In this document: one piece after another, positions 52,200 through 64,000 of the stretch
Position numbering within the stretch: position 1 is the stretch's first letter
How the letters are laid out: each line of letters begins with the position of its first letter
Position numbers and translations under genes: made by a program
From: Raillietiella orientalis
Taxonomy: Eukaryota
Direction of reading: 5' to 3'
Length of the DNA stretch: 64,000 nucleotides
NCBI GenBank assembly: GCA_036172245.1
Contig: JAYWIR010000034.1
Span: forward strand, 248,001-312,000
The notes under the pieces: model-generated
The model's input: the letters and a program-made list of their open reading frames with translations, nothing else
Told to the model about the DNA's origin: nothing
The model's database searches: none

Positions 52200-55000
52200 A
52201 CCCGCTATCTCAGAGGAGGTTTCATCCTCTGAGTCTATTATCCCATGTCTCCACCAGATTTATTTGAGGATCTCAAGAGAAGCGTGAAGACATACTAATA
52301 AATCTCCCTTTCCAGATGAGCCCGCTTCTTATCGCTCTCAGCACCCATAGCTTCTTTCTCATTGGCAGTGGAGTCGCCTTTAAACTGTTTAAGACGCACC
52401 GAAATGCAGATGAAAGGAAAGGAGAATTCTGACCAATCTAGAAACCAGTCTTCTCTCCCTGCCCACCGTGGATCAGGATCCACTGATCATCGCCTCCTTT
52501 AAAGCAGCAGCCCATGCCGTAGATCTTCCTCTTTTGGCTATGAAAGTTCCGGGGGGGAGAGTTACTGAAGCTTACTCGAGAAAATGACCCATCCATTGAC
52601 TTCCACAGATATTGTTCTGTAGGGATTTTTGGACATTCAGTTTGCACACCAATCCTCATGAAGCCTAGGAATTGGCAAGTCTCCTGCATCTGCTTGGTTC
52701 CAAAGATCCCAGGATCTGAGAGAGTGAACTAACGACCAAGACCGAACAAAGGTCTGGATTTCATGATACTTCCCCTCCTCTTCCTCGCGCGCGAGGGAGT
52801 CACGCTGCTGTCCTATACCCATAAGAACAAAAGAATCTCAAGATGGTGATTCGAGTTCCTAACCAGAGCAAAATGGTTTGCTTGAGTGGTAAATTCAGTT
52901 CCGAAATGATCTGGTTTTCAGCCATCAAGTGCCATGGATTGACAGTCACCTTTTTCATCCTTTGTATCTTCTAGTATGGAGACGGGATTGTGAGATCAAT
53001 GATGTAAAACATGCATCAGGAGTCTCATCTCATGCTGCAAGTGCCTTTAGTATGGTTCTTCCAGTTTTTTCCTCTTCTCATCATGAATAGAGTGGAGTAA
53101 AGCGACCTGCATGGTTAAACATGGAGTTCGAAAACCTCAGGCAGTCACTGTTGTAGAGGAAATGGCTTGGTTGGTTGCCATGCATATTGTGCTTTCCCTA
53201 GATCAAGGCTCCTTTCAACAAGTTGACTCTAAAAGGCGTTTCCATCCACGCCTAAAAGGCGTTTCCATCCTTTAGAAGCGTGCAGAAAAATCCCCTTCGG
53301 TGGAGTGGTCAAACTTGAAGTCTCGGTGGCCATCCCAAGTTTCTTACTCCGCACTGAGCACCCATACGACATCATCTGACGATCTACAATCCACAGAGTT
53401 TTCAAATCTCCTGACACATAACGCCCCCTATCAGATTAACAGATTAGAGCAAATCCTTTCTCATTCTGATTTCCTTCCCGAGTCTAGGAAAGCTTTCCAT
53501 GAGTCATTGTATGCACCTTGCAGCATTCACTTGAGATGAGTTTCCCAAGCAGTTTCACCTGGGAAATCACTTGAGATGAGTTCGGCGGCCATTCAACTTG
53601 CACACCCGAGTGAGGTGGCCTTGAAGCTTTTTTCTATTGAAGATCGACTGGGTCAACTTATGATCAAGTGCTCTTTTTTGGAACGGTTAACTGCACTTCA
53701 CGACAAATGCGTTGCCGACTTGGAAGCTCTGCAAGAAGAATGAAGACTGCTCATGACTACAAATGCAATGCAGTAGTCACCAATACTCACCAGTGGGAAG
53801 AATGGAAGAATACAATGGTTTCTCACTACTTCAAATTTGAAGATGGCAGACTTGAGAAAGATGTGACCTGCTAACGCCCTGGAAGAGAATCCTGAATCCA
53901 TGTTTCCTCCTCCTCATCAATTCTGTCAATCGAGTAAGAATCCGTATTGAAGAACAAGAGCTTCTGAATCTCAGTGTGATGCTATGATATCAATCCTCGC
54001 ATTAACCCTTTGGCCGACAGTAATTCAGTAGCCATATAGATCAAGCTGCTTGTCAGCTGGTTGTGTTGTTTCCTGAAGTGTGAATTTCTATTCGGGAATG
54101 TCCCTCAGGCAGTTCCTCGAGGTCTCGATTTGAGAACTAGAGATGCATTTATCCAGAGATTCCACGGTTTCGTTCCAAGATAGAGTTCTTGTACTTTTCC
54201 TCTAGCAACGGAACGAGTCTAGCAGGCAGGTATCATCATGCGAACTTTCTTTGCTAAAATAGAACTTTCTGATTCCGTATCCAAGTAACACGAACAAGGT
54301 TCATTGAGGAAATTAAAAAAAGGTCAAGAGAAAAAGAGAAGGCGCTTGATTCTTCCCTCTTTGTTCGATTTCATTTCATTAAGTGCAGTGGCATCGCAGA
54401 AATCCCACGCCTCAATTCTCTCCTGCACTCTTCGTTCACTGGAGCATCCAAAACGTTTTCCACATCTAGTTCTTGGAGGTTGTTGAGTGCTTTATTTGCC
54501 AACTCAGATCGAGGAAGTGAAGCAATCGTCATACAGGATGAAAAAGTGGAAGCTTCCAGCCGTTTGCTCATCCAAACACGGAAACGACTGTTCATCAATG
54601 AGTGACAGTAAACTGACGAACGGGAAAGAGCAACGAAGCAACAGTGGTGAATGGAAACCAGAAAATTTGCTGCTCCCAATGATTCAGATCCCTGCACAAA
54701 AGTGCCCCCGTGCTCGGTCATGTGATGCGAAAAGCTTCTATAAACTCACGAGGGCATGTGGCCACAGCAACTCCAGAATTCCTTGGAAATTCGGAAACGA
54801 CTCTCGAGGAGGAAATCTCGTGCTGGAGTCGTCGTGAGTCATTAAAAGGAGGGATCTCTTAAAACGAAAGCACCTTTTGAAAAACATGTGCTTTCGGTAG
54901 AAAAGCAAAGTACTTCCCGAACATTCCTCAAGACACGATTGCGGAAGCTAAGTGGAATTCCCGAAGCAAGTTCTGATGAATCGAATTTAGCTAGGACCAG
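52200..55000 (-). mobile_element. Degenerate L1-like LINE
   Basis: VNAR near 54000; SR(G/A) near 53875; SR near 53645; QFLGF near 52665; GG near 52495. Confidence 0.5.
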
Positions 55001-56099
55001 CTGAACTCAGCAGATATGCATTTCCATTAAACACTGAGCTTTATGGCCTCCCCTGAGCGTAAAGAAATCGGCCGTGAACCTTCTGCAACCGCGCCATGAA
55101 ACTGATGTTTGCAGATGCACTCTCTGTATCGGAAGTTCTTTATCCTAAATTAAACACGCATCAGTACATTCAATTAATTAAAAAGGATGCTCTAACTAGG
55201 AGGAAGAAGCTATGTTTCGAAACGAGATTCTCGATCAACTCTTCGCAATTTGGAATCTATAGATAGGGGTTACGCTCCTGGATCCCGAATTACGAATGGG
55301 TGTATCAGTTCAGAGTACCTGGATTCGATTTATAGTAATTGCGTTATTTGTAAACAGGAATTGCTTCCGGCTTATGCATTCAGTCCCGGACACCTACGCT
55401 ACATTAATGCACCTTTTCTATTAATCAGTAAGCCTGATCTGTTTACGAATTCCTACCTACTGCATAAACTTTGAGTCATTTTATTCTGAATCGTTCAGCT
55501 CTTGCAATCTAGAGAGTTTATCTCAGCTGCTTCCACGACGGAGTCTCAGAGTGAAGCCCTCTTTCCAAACTCCAATTTTATGAGAGCGCATGAGTTCGCA
55601 CTCTCAACTCAACCACATGACCCCGCGGTTGCGAAAAATGAAATCCCTTCCGTTTATCTTCTGGACCATGACTGTCTTAACCCGAAGGGAGGACGAGTGT
55701 TCACTGATGAAACAGGCTGGGAAGATTGGATCCGTGCAACAACTAAAGGAAATTGTTTGATTGCAAATTCCCCTTAGGAAGTGATCGCTGCACCACGGGG
55801 AAATCCAGAGGTCACGTAAAAGTATGTGACTCTCATGCTATTGGCTCTCTTTGTGCTTGTTGATGCATGCTCTCGGAAAAACTCCAGGCAGCTTTCCATC
55901 AGTGTAACTACGCTGTTGTAATAGTGACTGGTAGCCCTCTTGACCTATCTGAGAAAGAAGAATGAGAGGATCATTCCAAGGAAGAACGATGGGTTAACTC
56001 ATCAAGTTCATTCACACATCTCCTCCATCAATACATACGGAATTCCAATCTTTTTTTTTGAATCTCTCTACTAAGTTCTCCGCTTTGCCTATCGGCTGA

Positions 56100-57700
56100 A
56101 ATCAAGCAAAAATTTCAGATCACTTTCCAGTAGCTTCCTTCCTATCTCTGGTACTCCATGCACTGTATTCTTCTAGCATTCTATCAATCCACTTTCCCCT
56201 TACTCTACTACCTCTTTTTTGATCCAGAATATCAAGAACACCCACCCGGAAGAGTTTAAGAGTGTGTTGACTGAGTGCTCTCTCTGTGTTTACAAGTCCA
56301 GACTGAGACTTACGTTTTTAGAAGCTCCTGACTCGAATTTCGCCAACACACATCATCATCAAATCAAATACCAGTGCTCCAAGAACTTAAACGGTATGGT
56401 CCACTTTCATGCCTATGAACATGTGCTACGTGAGAGCGTTCGGAACTTTCAGTTCTCTCAGCTTTGTCATCTCTTCCTTCCTGAGTATCAGCACTAAAAT
56501 GCTGGATAGGAAAATGCACAAGACTACTTGAAAATGCGTCCTTCCCAAGAAGACGAACCAAATTTGCAGTTGGTTCCAAATCAAACATTCTTTTGGCCAA
56601 GACCGGCCATGAACTCGAGAAGCAAGACAGCACACGGACCTACTCTTGTCCAGTAACGGTGACTCCCTTACTTTTTTAAATCAAGTCCCATCGTTCTGTT
56701 TGGGAGTTTGCACTTCTCAGTGACTTAATGACCACCCGTTCTTGAATTCAGAAAGCGTTTCATTTTGGTCCTTGCTGATGTTCCAAACTCGAGCAGCACG
56801 AATTCGCGTCAGGCAACGTTGTTGTGAGGTGCTGTCGAGCACTGAAGATTTTTTAGCATTCCGTCTCTTCGTATCGCCATCTGGAGTTTTGCAATTCGGT
56901 AGAATGCCGCCTCTAGGCGTGGCTAGCTATTGAAAAAGGATTTCCATGTTGCCAGTCACGTGAGTCCTCGGTCATTTCATCTTCCCTGAATTCAGTTCTC
57001 AACATCATCATTTACTTCTCCACCACTTACATCAACAAAGATACATGATTCTATTTTTTCCTCTGAAAGCGTAACGAAGAATCATTAAAAGGATGATTAA
57101 AAGATGGGGAGCACTCCTTTGTCTCGCGTGTTGTTCGAACAAACAACGAAATCCTGGTGCGTCATCTTATCATGGCAGATCCGCGGGACGTCAGTTTTCG
57201 ATGAGTTGTGCCCCGTCTGATGTTGCAAACTCCAGACAACCTTTACGTGATTTCCGGAATGAATTCAAGTTCACCAACTTTCTCCGAAAGGCACTTTCTT
57301 TCTCCGGAAGGTGAAAGCTCTCTTCAAGTTTTTTCGTGGGGAATGAGGTGGTCCGTGTTCATGAAATTCATGAATTCACGAGTTCATTATGTTTCAGTTT
57401 GCTTCGCCCTGGATCTCCAGAGGAAGAACGAGCGGATTCGTGGAGGATCAGAGTACGGTCCTGGCGAAATGTATTCGAATCCCGCGTCTGTTAAGGCTTT
57501 CTTTCCTGCTTCCAAGATCGCTGAAAGGATTGGAGATGCAACTAAAGGGATACGTTTTAGACCGGAAGGGATCCCATGATAACAGTCTGATTTAAGATGC
57601 TTCGGCGGAGCCGAACGTTACTCTGTCTCCTTATAAAAAGGAAAAATGATGATGAAAAAAAATTCTTAACATTATGATGAAGGCATGTCGGGAGAAGAGT
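56100..57700 (-). mobile_element. Eroded L1-like ORF2 relic
   Basis: Weak RT and post-RT remnants: RGGIL near 56910, FLGR near 56545. Confidence 0.3.
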
Positions 57701-58299
57701 TCGAAGTCAGGTGAGTCAAAGGAAAGCAGAAGTTGCGAATTTAGAGGAAGGAATTTTTTTCTCCTCCAAGATGTGATACGAAATCGAAGGGGACCCGTTT
57801 GCAAAACAGAATTCCCTCCATCTTCAGGCAACAAGTGGAGTCGGCTGGAAGTAAGGAATGGAAATGCAAAATGAAGAGGAAAAGAAACTTCCCTTTCAGT
57901 GGCTATGAAGAATGGCTTTAAAACAGGAAGGCGGATGAGGGGAGACGCATAAGAAGACTGCAGCACCTAAAACAAATTATTGGATACATTCAACTCATGA
58001 TCTCATGATTGGCATCAAGGAAATTTCCTTTTTGAGTAGGGGACCGAGAGTGTGTCTGAAGGAAACCAAACAAGTGCTTCCCAAAAGTTATTTCATTTTT
58101 TAGAAAGCATCCTTGTGTTCCAAGCGTTTCCTTTTCTGTATTTTTATACAGAGTGATTCATTTCATTTTTTATCCTGCACCCAAGATCTGATCGAATGCT
58201 GCGCACGATGTGCACGGTTACCCAAGAATGTTTTTTCTCTACAATTTTCCAGAACCATTTTTGGATTTAAAGCTCAGTAGTAGGAAGGGGGGTACTATA

Positions 58300-59950
58300 C
58301 GAGTAGGCAGCGCTGCCTAAATAATAACCTTGGCCATGATGTCGATATCACAGAAGAACATTAAATAAACTGCAAGCACTTTGGATGCGAGGTGGGCACC
58401 ATGGAGCAAGTATAGAAGCATATGAACAGGTGTGGTCGAAAATCTAAAAGAAGAAATCTAAAAGAGAAGGAAATTGTTAAAGAAAGTAAACAACTTTTGA
58501 CTGACTCAGGAGAAGGGCTGGAGAATAACGGGAGATGAAAGCAAGGAGGAGTCCTGATGAAGTAAGCTTATAGTTAGCTACACCTCCTGAAAGAAAAACA
58601 ACTTGACCAACAGAATCCACACGTGGAGATAGATTTGAATCAACTGATCCTGGTAGACTAGAAAATCATAAGGAAATCTCGTGTTCCTTAAATGGCAATA
58701 TCAACGCAATATGTTCACATGATGAATGCTGTAGGAAATGATGAGACAGAATGCAAACTATACAAATATAGAAGTGGTATACTCAGTAGAGTTCCTCATT
58801 ACGCCGCAATTTCCTTCTGTACTGGCGAAGAGCTCACAAAACGGATCCAAAGAATCCTTAACAGTGAGATCGAAGATCTGTTAAATGAAAAATCCAAACA
58901 ACTATGCCAAACTCCATCGCCAACGAAAAATTCGTCTCCGATGGAAGCGATTTTCGAAGGAATAAGGAAGATTTTTGCAGTTGAGCAAGCGTGGACGGTC
59001 GGAATGATAGGCAGAGCATAGGAAAAACTTCTCGGAACTTTCGCAATCTAAATTTCAGCACGGATTATCTCTTAGCAGGATTTGGAAGAAGAAAAGCTCG
59101 TGTGCCTCTTCCATCGTTTATCGCAAGTACAAGATTCACTGAGATTTTTGCTCCAAAAACATGATCGTACATGCGAGTCAAATCTTGTATTGAGAAAGGC
59201 GTGCAAACAAAAGTCTTTACACACTTCTCTGCCGTCAAGACCACTGTCCCTGCTCCAGACTCCTTTTGACGAATAATAAGCCCTGCCAAATTAGGAGGAC
59301 TCTTGAGAGAGTACGAAGTTCCCGTGGCTAATGACGCTTCGAAGAAATCGTGCCGGAAGAAAATGGCAGTCAATCCCAAATCATGGATTCTCAGGAAGGA
59401 ACAATTTTCCAGATCTGCAGCCAGAAAATTACAAATCTGAGGGAACCGGTTTTTGACTAATTGTAAAAATTGGTTGCAAACTCAACAAGTTGGGCTTCCA
59501 AAATGCGGAGTTTAAGAGTGAGTACCAGTGCCTAATCTGCCCTACTTATTGATGGTTTCAACGGGTAAACCTGGATAAAAGTGTAAAATTTCAGATAGAA
59601 TTTGTGGGATGATTTCTGAAATGCAGAGACGAATTCATTTATTTGGCTTTTACAGATTTAAGTACGTTTTCAGAGGACTGCTCTTCGAATTTCAAGTATA
59701 CAAATGGGTACAAAAGAAAAATGCTCTCTTAGCATGACAAAGAAGCTTCCTAGCCTTGAAAGGCTATCATCTTACAAATGGTCCTTCAGAACTAGAATTT
59801 GCTTTTGACTATTTTTTATCGTGCTCTTTCCTGTTAGATCTTCTGAAAATATGTTCATTTACCACATGGATTCTAACAAGATTGATCCTCTTCCTGAAAC
59901 AAAGAACAAATACACTTTCTGTTATCAAAGAATTCAGTACTAATTCAACT
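58300..59950 (+). mobile_element. Eroded L1-like ORF2 relic
   Basis: STDYLLA near 59057; LRKAC near 59190; VAND near 59325; VNPKS near 59370. Confidence 0.5.
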
Positions 59951-59999
59951 TTCCAGACATGATGACTCTTCACATATTTGCGGGTTGTGTATGTGGCTA

Positions 60000-61750
60000 C
60001 TATTTTAAAGTTTAGTTCACAGGATCCAATTCAATTCTTAAGAAAGGAACTATTGAGATAAAGGTATCCATAATGTCAGAAAATAACGCTCCTATTAGGG
60101 ATCCGACGTGAATTTTAATGATTTCAACAAGCCTTAATTTATAGCTAAACTCCTTGCTGTTTGTGTGGGACCACGAAGAGAAGCTGAGGAATAAGCTGTG
60201 AAGCTGGGAATATAAGGAAAACACTGTAGGAGTCACTTGTTGCACATACGTGTGTTTTGTTCCGCCTTGATGTGATTTAGGCGAGGACAAATCGTCCTTC
60301 CTAACGCAGTTGTCAGTGCCCAATCAAGTCCATGGGTCCAGGAATTCCGCCTTATGAAGAACTGGAAAGTAATTTTACTGAAGATTTCTTGGGAGTACCT
60401 AATGGGAATGAGACTCCTAAGGAACAAGCGATTACTGGAATCGAACAAAGGGATTGGAAAACTTTTGCTGGAAACAAGGTTAATTTGCTACACATCATGA
60501 GTTTTTAATGTTTCCACCCACTGGAGCATTGATGTCTTCATGTGTTGCTATGCTTTTCTGGTGAAATTGTGATGAAGAAGAGAATATTTCAGTAGCTAAA
60601 ATAGAATGAAAAGACATGATTCCCTAGATTGATACTTCTTTCAAGGCCGGAAGCTTCTTTTCTACCAGATTCTCTACTATCTGTTGAGAAAAGTGTTTTG
60701 TAAACACGTGAAATGACTAGAAAATGTATTTGCATATTCAGCACGTGAATTAGCATAACGTGATAGGAACGCTCTCTAAATTCCCGACTGTCCACGTGTT
60801 TCCAAAGGTTTACAGGCGGAATTTGTTCGTCCTTTGAAACCGTTTTCATGATAGCTTTCCGACGGGTGAGATTTCCCAGAGATCCAACAGCCCTGCATGT
60901 CAAAGATCTGAGGAAACCATGGCTTTACTTGGGTAGAAAATCGATTCAAGGCGAACCATCCGTTTGCAGTTCAATTCAAAGTTCACTCAAGTGTACAAAA
61001 TCATGTCAGCATCGTTGCAAGGAAGATGATACCATTGATTCATCAGGAGTGTCGAGAGAATAATATTGAGATAAGAATGACTTCAGTATTTCATAATTAC
61101 GAAATCTCTTCATTTCACCTTTTCTGGAGGCAGTGAATTATTTCATTAGTGTACTGAGATCGATTTATATCGTTACGGTATTTTTCCGGCGGACTTGGAT
61201 TGTAGCAATGCCTTCCAGAAGGAAAGATTTTTGCTTTCCAAAGTTAATGAAAACGTATGCATACAAATTCTCAACAGCAGACAACCAACCCTAGCCCGTA
61301 ACCACCGTCCGTTGATCCTGTTCTTAGAAACTGCATAAAAGCTTTTCATTCTTCCGCTTATTCCTTCCAGAAGCGAATGTTTCAGTGTGGTTGCTCTGGT
61401 CCTCCGCTTCATGATCCGCATCTTGTTCTGCCGAATATCCACCATCAGACTCCAGATCCACACCAGCGTTAAGAGTTGGTTGCTATCCCGAAGAACATTG
61501 GTTTTGTCCAATGAGCACTCCATGTTTTCATCCCCCCTACTGCGAACGCGCAGTGACTGCCTCTGGTTGGGACTGAAAACTTGCAGATGGAGCATGTCAT
61601 ACTTCTCGAACAGTGCATTCATCCAACAACATACCTGGAAAGGATCATTACCAAGGAATGGAGTACCACGAGTCCTCGTGCAGAATCATCCGGACTTTGA
61701 CATAAGAAGCAAAATAATGCGATGCATCATTAAATAACTATTCAAAAAAC
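60000..61750 (-). mobile_element. Eroded L1-like ORF2 relic
   Basis: EKYDMLHLQ, RSRG and MVDI in 61173..61622; ERSYHV and ERSINLGNHVFS in 60589..60903. Confidence 0.5.
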
Positions 61751-61949
61751 TCAAAGTCTCCTTAGGAACCTCAGTTGGATATCATTCCCTCAAATGATGC
61801 AAATAAAAAAATCCATTGACCGGACTTACGGTGGACGTTACGAAAGTCACAGTCACTGTTCTTTTCGCTCCTCAAGCCTGAAATTGTACATCCCTGTTCC
61901 TTAATTCTGACGTGTTATCCAGAAATCAGTTGTTTCATTTCTTACAATC

Positions 61950-64000
61950 CAAGTGATAATGTGCTAACATGAATAATTGAAAGCATTCACCTGAAATCCT
62001 AGGGCGAAACTCATAAGGACAGTAAGGTGCTGCTTTCAGCCTTAATAGTTGTCACAGATGTCCGGAGGTACTCCACATTCGGCCATTCATAAAAAGCTGT
62101 TGAAAGTACTGAAGGATCAACTGCGTGATTTCTCAAAAGGGAGAAACTGAATAGAAACACTTCCCGGATGCATTACCGCTGAGACACTTGATCGCAGTAT
62201 GGACTCTTTAAAAGCTTGATGTCAAAGTCCTTTCATTTAGTCCTTGCACAAATGGCTGCTGATGAATTGTATCACTGATTCAGCAGTCTCGATACCTCCA
62301 AGAAAATCTTTGCTTCTTCCATATTCATCATCTCATGCATGCTGATGAGCTGTTTGAGGGTTCTTGTAGAAAACCGTCTCAAAAGGAATTATGGAATGTT
62401 CAAAAACTGCTACGGAAGCTTTCAGTGTTGTCTATTCAAAAAAATCAGCAAGCAAAGTAAATCCGGGCTCGAATTCCTCTTTTAAGCACCGAAGCACAAG
62501 CTCAAGAGAGCAGCTATAGCTATTAAGTAGCCATTTGGAGAGCTGATAATGGACTGCTGGACACTAGCACAAGGATTCTATTTCCGAAACCATAAGCTGA
62601 TACCCAGTGATAGCTTAACGAAAGATCAGACGGTGCGAGGACGAATTATCAGCTGAAACGAGTACGAGCTGTCTGTGTTGGGAAGGCATTTCCATCTCCA
62701 GTACTTGGAAACCAGAAGAAGAGAAAATATCGGCCATTCGCTTGTTTTGGACGTGGTGACCAGTCCTAGTTTCATTGCGATCGTGATGTGTGAGCTAGGC
62801 TGGTCTAGAGAAATAGGATCATTCGAACCGAAGGAGGTAGGAAGAATTTCCAAGAGAGGTTGGTATCCAAATTTTGACTGTCAGAACCTAAAGAGCGGGC
62901 ATCCTATGCTAATCGCGAAGGAGTCCAAGAGCAGACACGATTACGCTTTGCGGTGGAGAGCGACTCTGCAAAATCTGCCTCATGCCATTGCAGTACAGAG
63001 ATCTACCAAACTCAGTTTGACAGTGAGTTGCATTCTAACTTTTGCCTAACCCCCGCACTTTTTTTTACTGCAAAACCAACCTAAAGCTACATTGCTTTTT
63101 GGTTACCCACTTTCCTGACTTACGCTCTTACTTTCTAAGAAGTCGGAGTGAAAGTGATTTTTGTTAAGGTTCTGGTTTCAAAACATGGAAGCTTTCCATT
63201 TGAAAATTCGCATTTGAGAATCCTCGATTTGATCTCTGCCTTTGTTCAATCTGCGCCGTCGTAATTGATCTCGCCAGCCACGAGGCTAAGAAGATTCCAT
63301 CAAATCAGGTTTCATGCAATCGGTCTCTCATAAGATGGGAATTCTCATGATTCGGATTTCCAAACGCCATGTTGGGAAATTTCATGGTTTCTGCGAGATC
63401 CAAAAGCAAGCCTCTACGATTGCCTCTGAATATACAAATACATTCGGGTGATAAGGAGAATGCTAGAACATGGCAACGTACTCTCTCTTGAGTTTAAACA
63501 CCTTCGGTGTGAAGGCTGTTTGCTCGAATTATTCAGTACCACTCCTGAAAATCTTACCCCAAACAAGCGAGTTCGAGGGTGCGTGTGCAGCTTATGGATT
63601 TCTTTAGGTTTCTCTCAGAAGAAAGAAAATGGATTCCTCAGTTGATCCACACGCTTACATGATGAAGCAGCAACTCACTCGTTTGTGACATGTGGATGAG
63701 GTGCTAGTAAATTCTGGGAATGTTCTGGAATGAGTTTTAGCAGCACACTGCTTGATTTCCTCCAAGAACTAGTCCTTACACAAAGATAGGAATCTTGGAC
63801 AGCTGCAAAGAGAATCCGACGCTGAAAGAAGGCAGCGTGGTCGGGTGAAAGTTCACCACCAAGGTGCCCTGTATCAAAGGGCTCCTGAAAAAGATGCCTG
63901 TCCATTGACAATCTGTGAAGCTCAAGTAAAGGAGGAAAAGTGGGAAACGTACTTGTTGCATGGACGTGGAACACTTTTCCTGTGTTTCCTGAAAAATGTT
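61950..64000. mobile_element. Probable further L1 3' fragments (plus, then minus)
   Basis: Only weak Cys/His finger remnants near 62880 (plus) and 63480-63510 (minus). Confidence 0.25.

Noticed and set aside
29950..62380. Hammerhead ribozymes at CTGATGA sites
   Set aside because: None of the sites I inspected had a stem II followed by GAAA.

Overview
Eukaryotic nuclear DNA, probably from a green plant or alga (inferred from zf-RVT-type L1 elements and T-rich intron-like tracts). I could not support any intact protein-coding gene; most ORFs in the supplied track are shadows of decayed repeats. The window is mostly an array of roughly 20 eroded L1-clade LINE relics on both strands (ORF1 CCHC knuckle, APE, RT, C-terminal zinc finger), several of them head-to-tail, with no recognisable LTR element. 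Non-L1 items: a near full-length frameshifted tyrosine recombinase gene with no RT beside it (21.9-23.0 kb) next to a 170-bp direct repeat; a GC3-rich coiled-coil coding island with in-frame TAG codons and hairpins at its stops (17.8-19.5 kb); a diverged inverted repeat pair about 51 kb apart with ~40-bp subrepeats; several near-perfect hairpins; and two AT-rich, T-skewed tracts that may be intron-rich gene bodies. All motif calls were made by eye and element boundaries are approximate.
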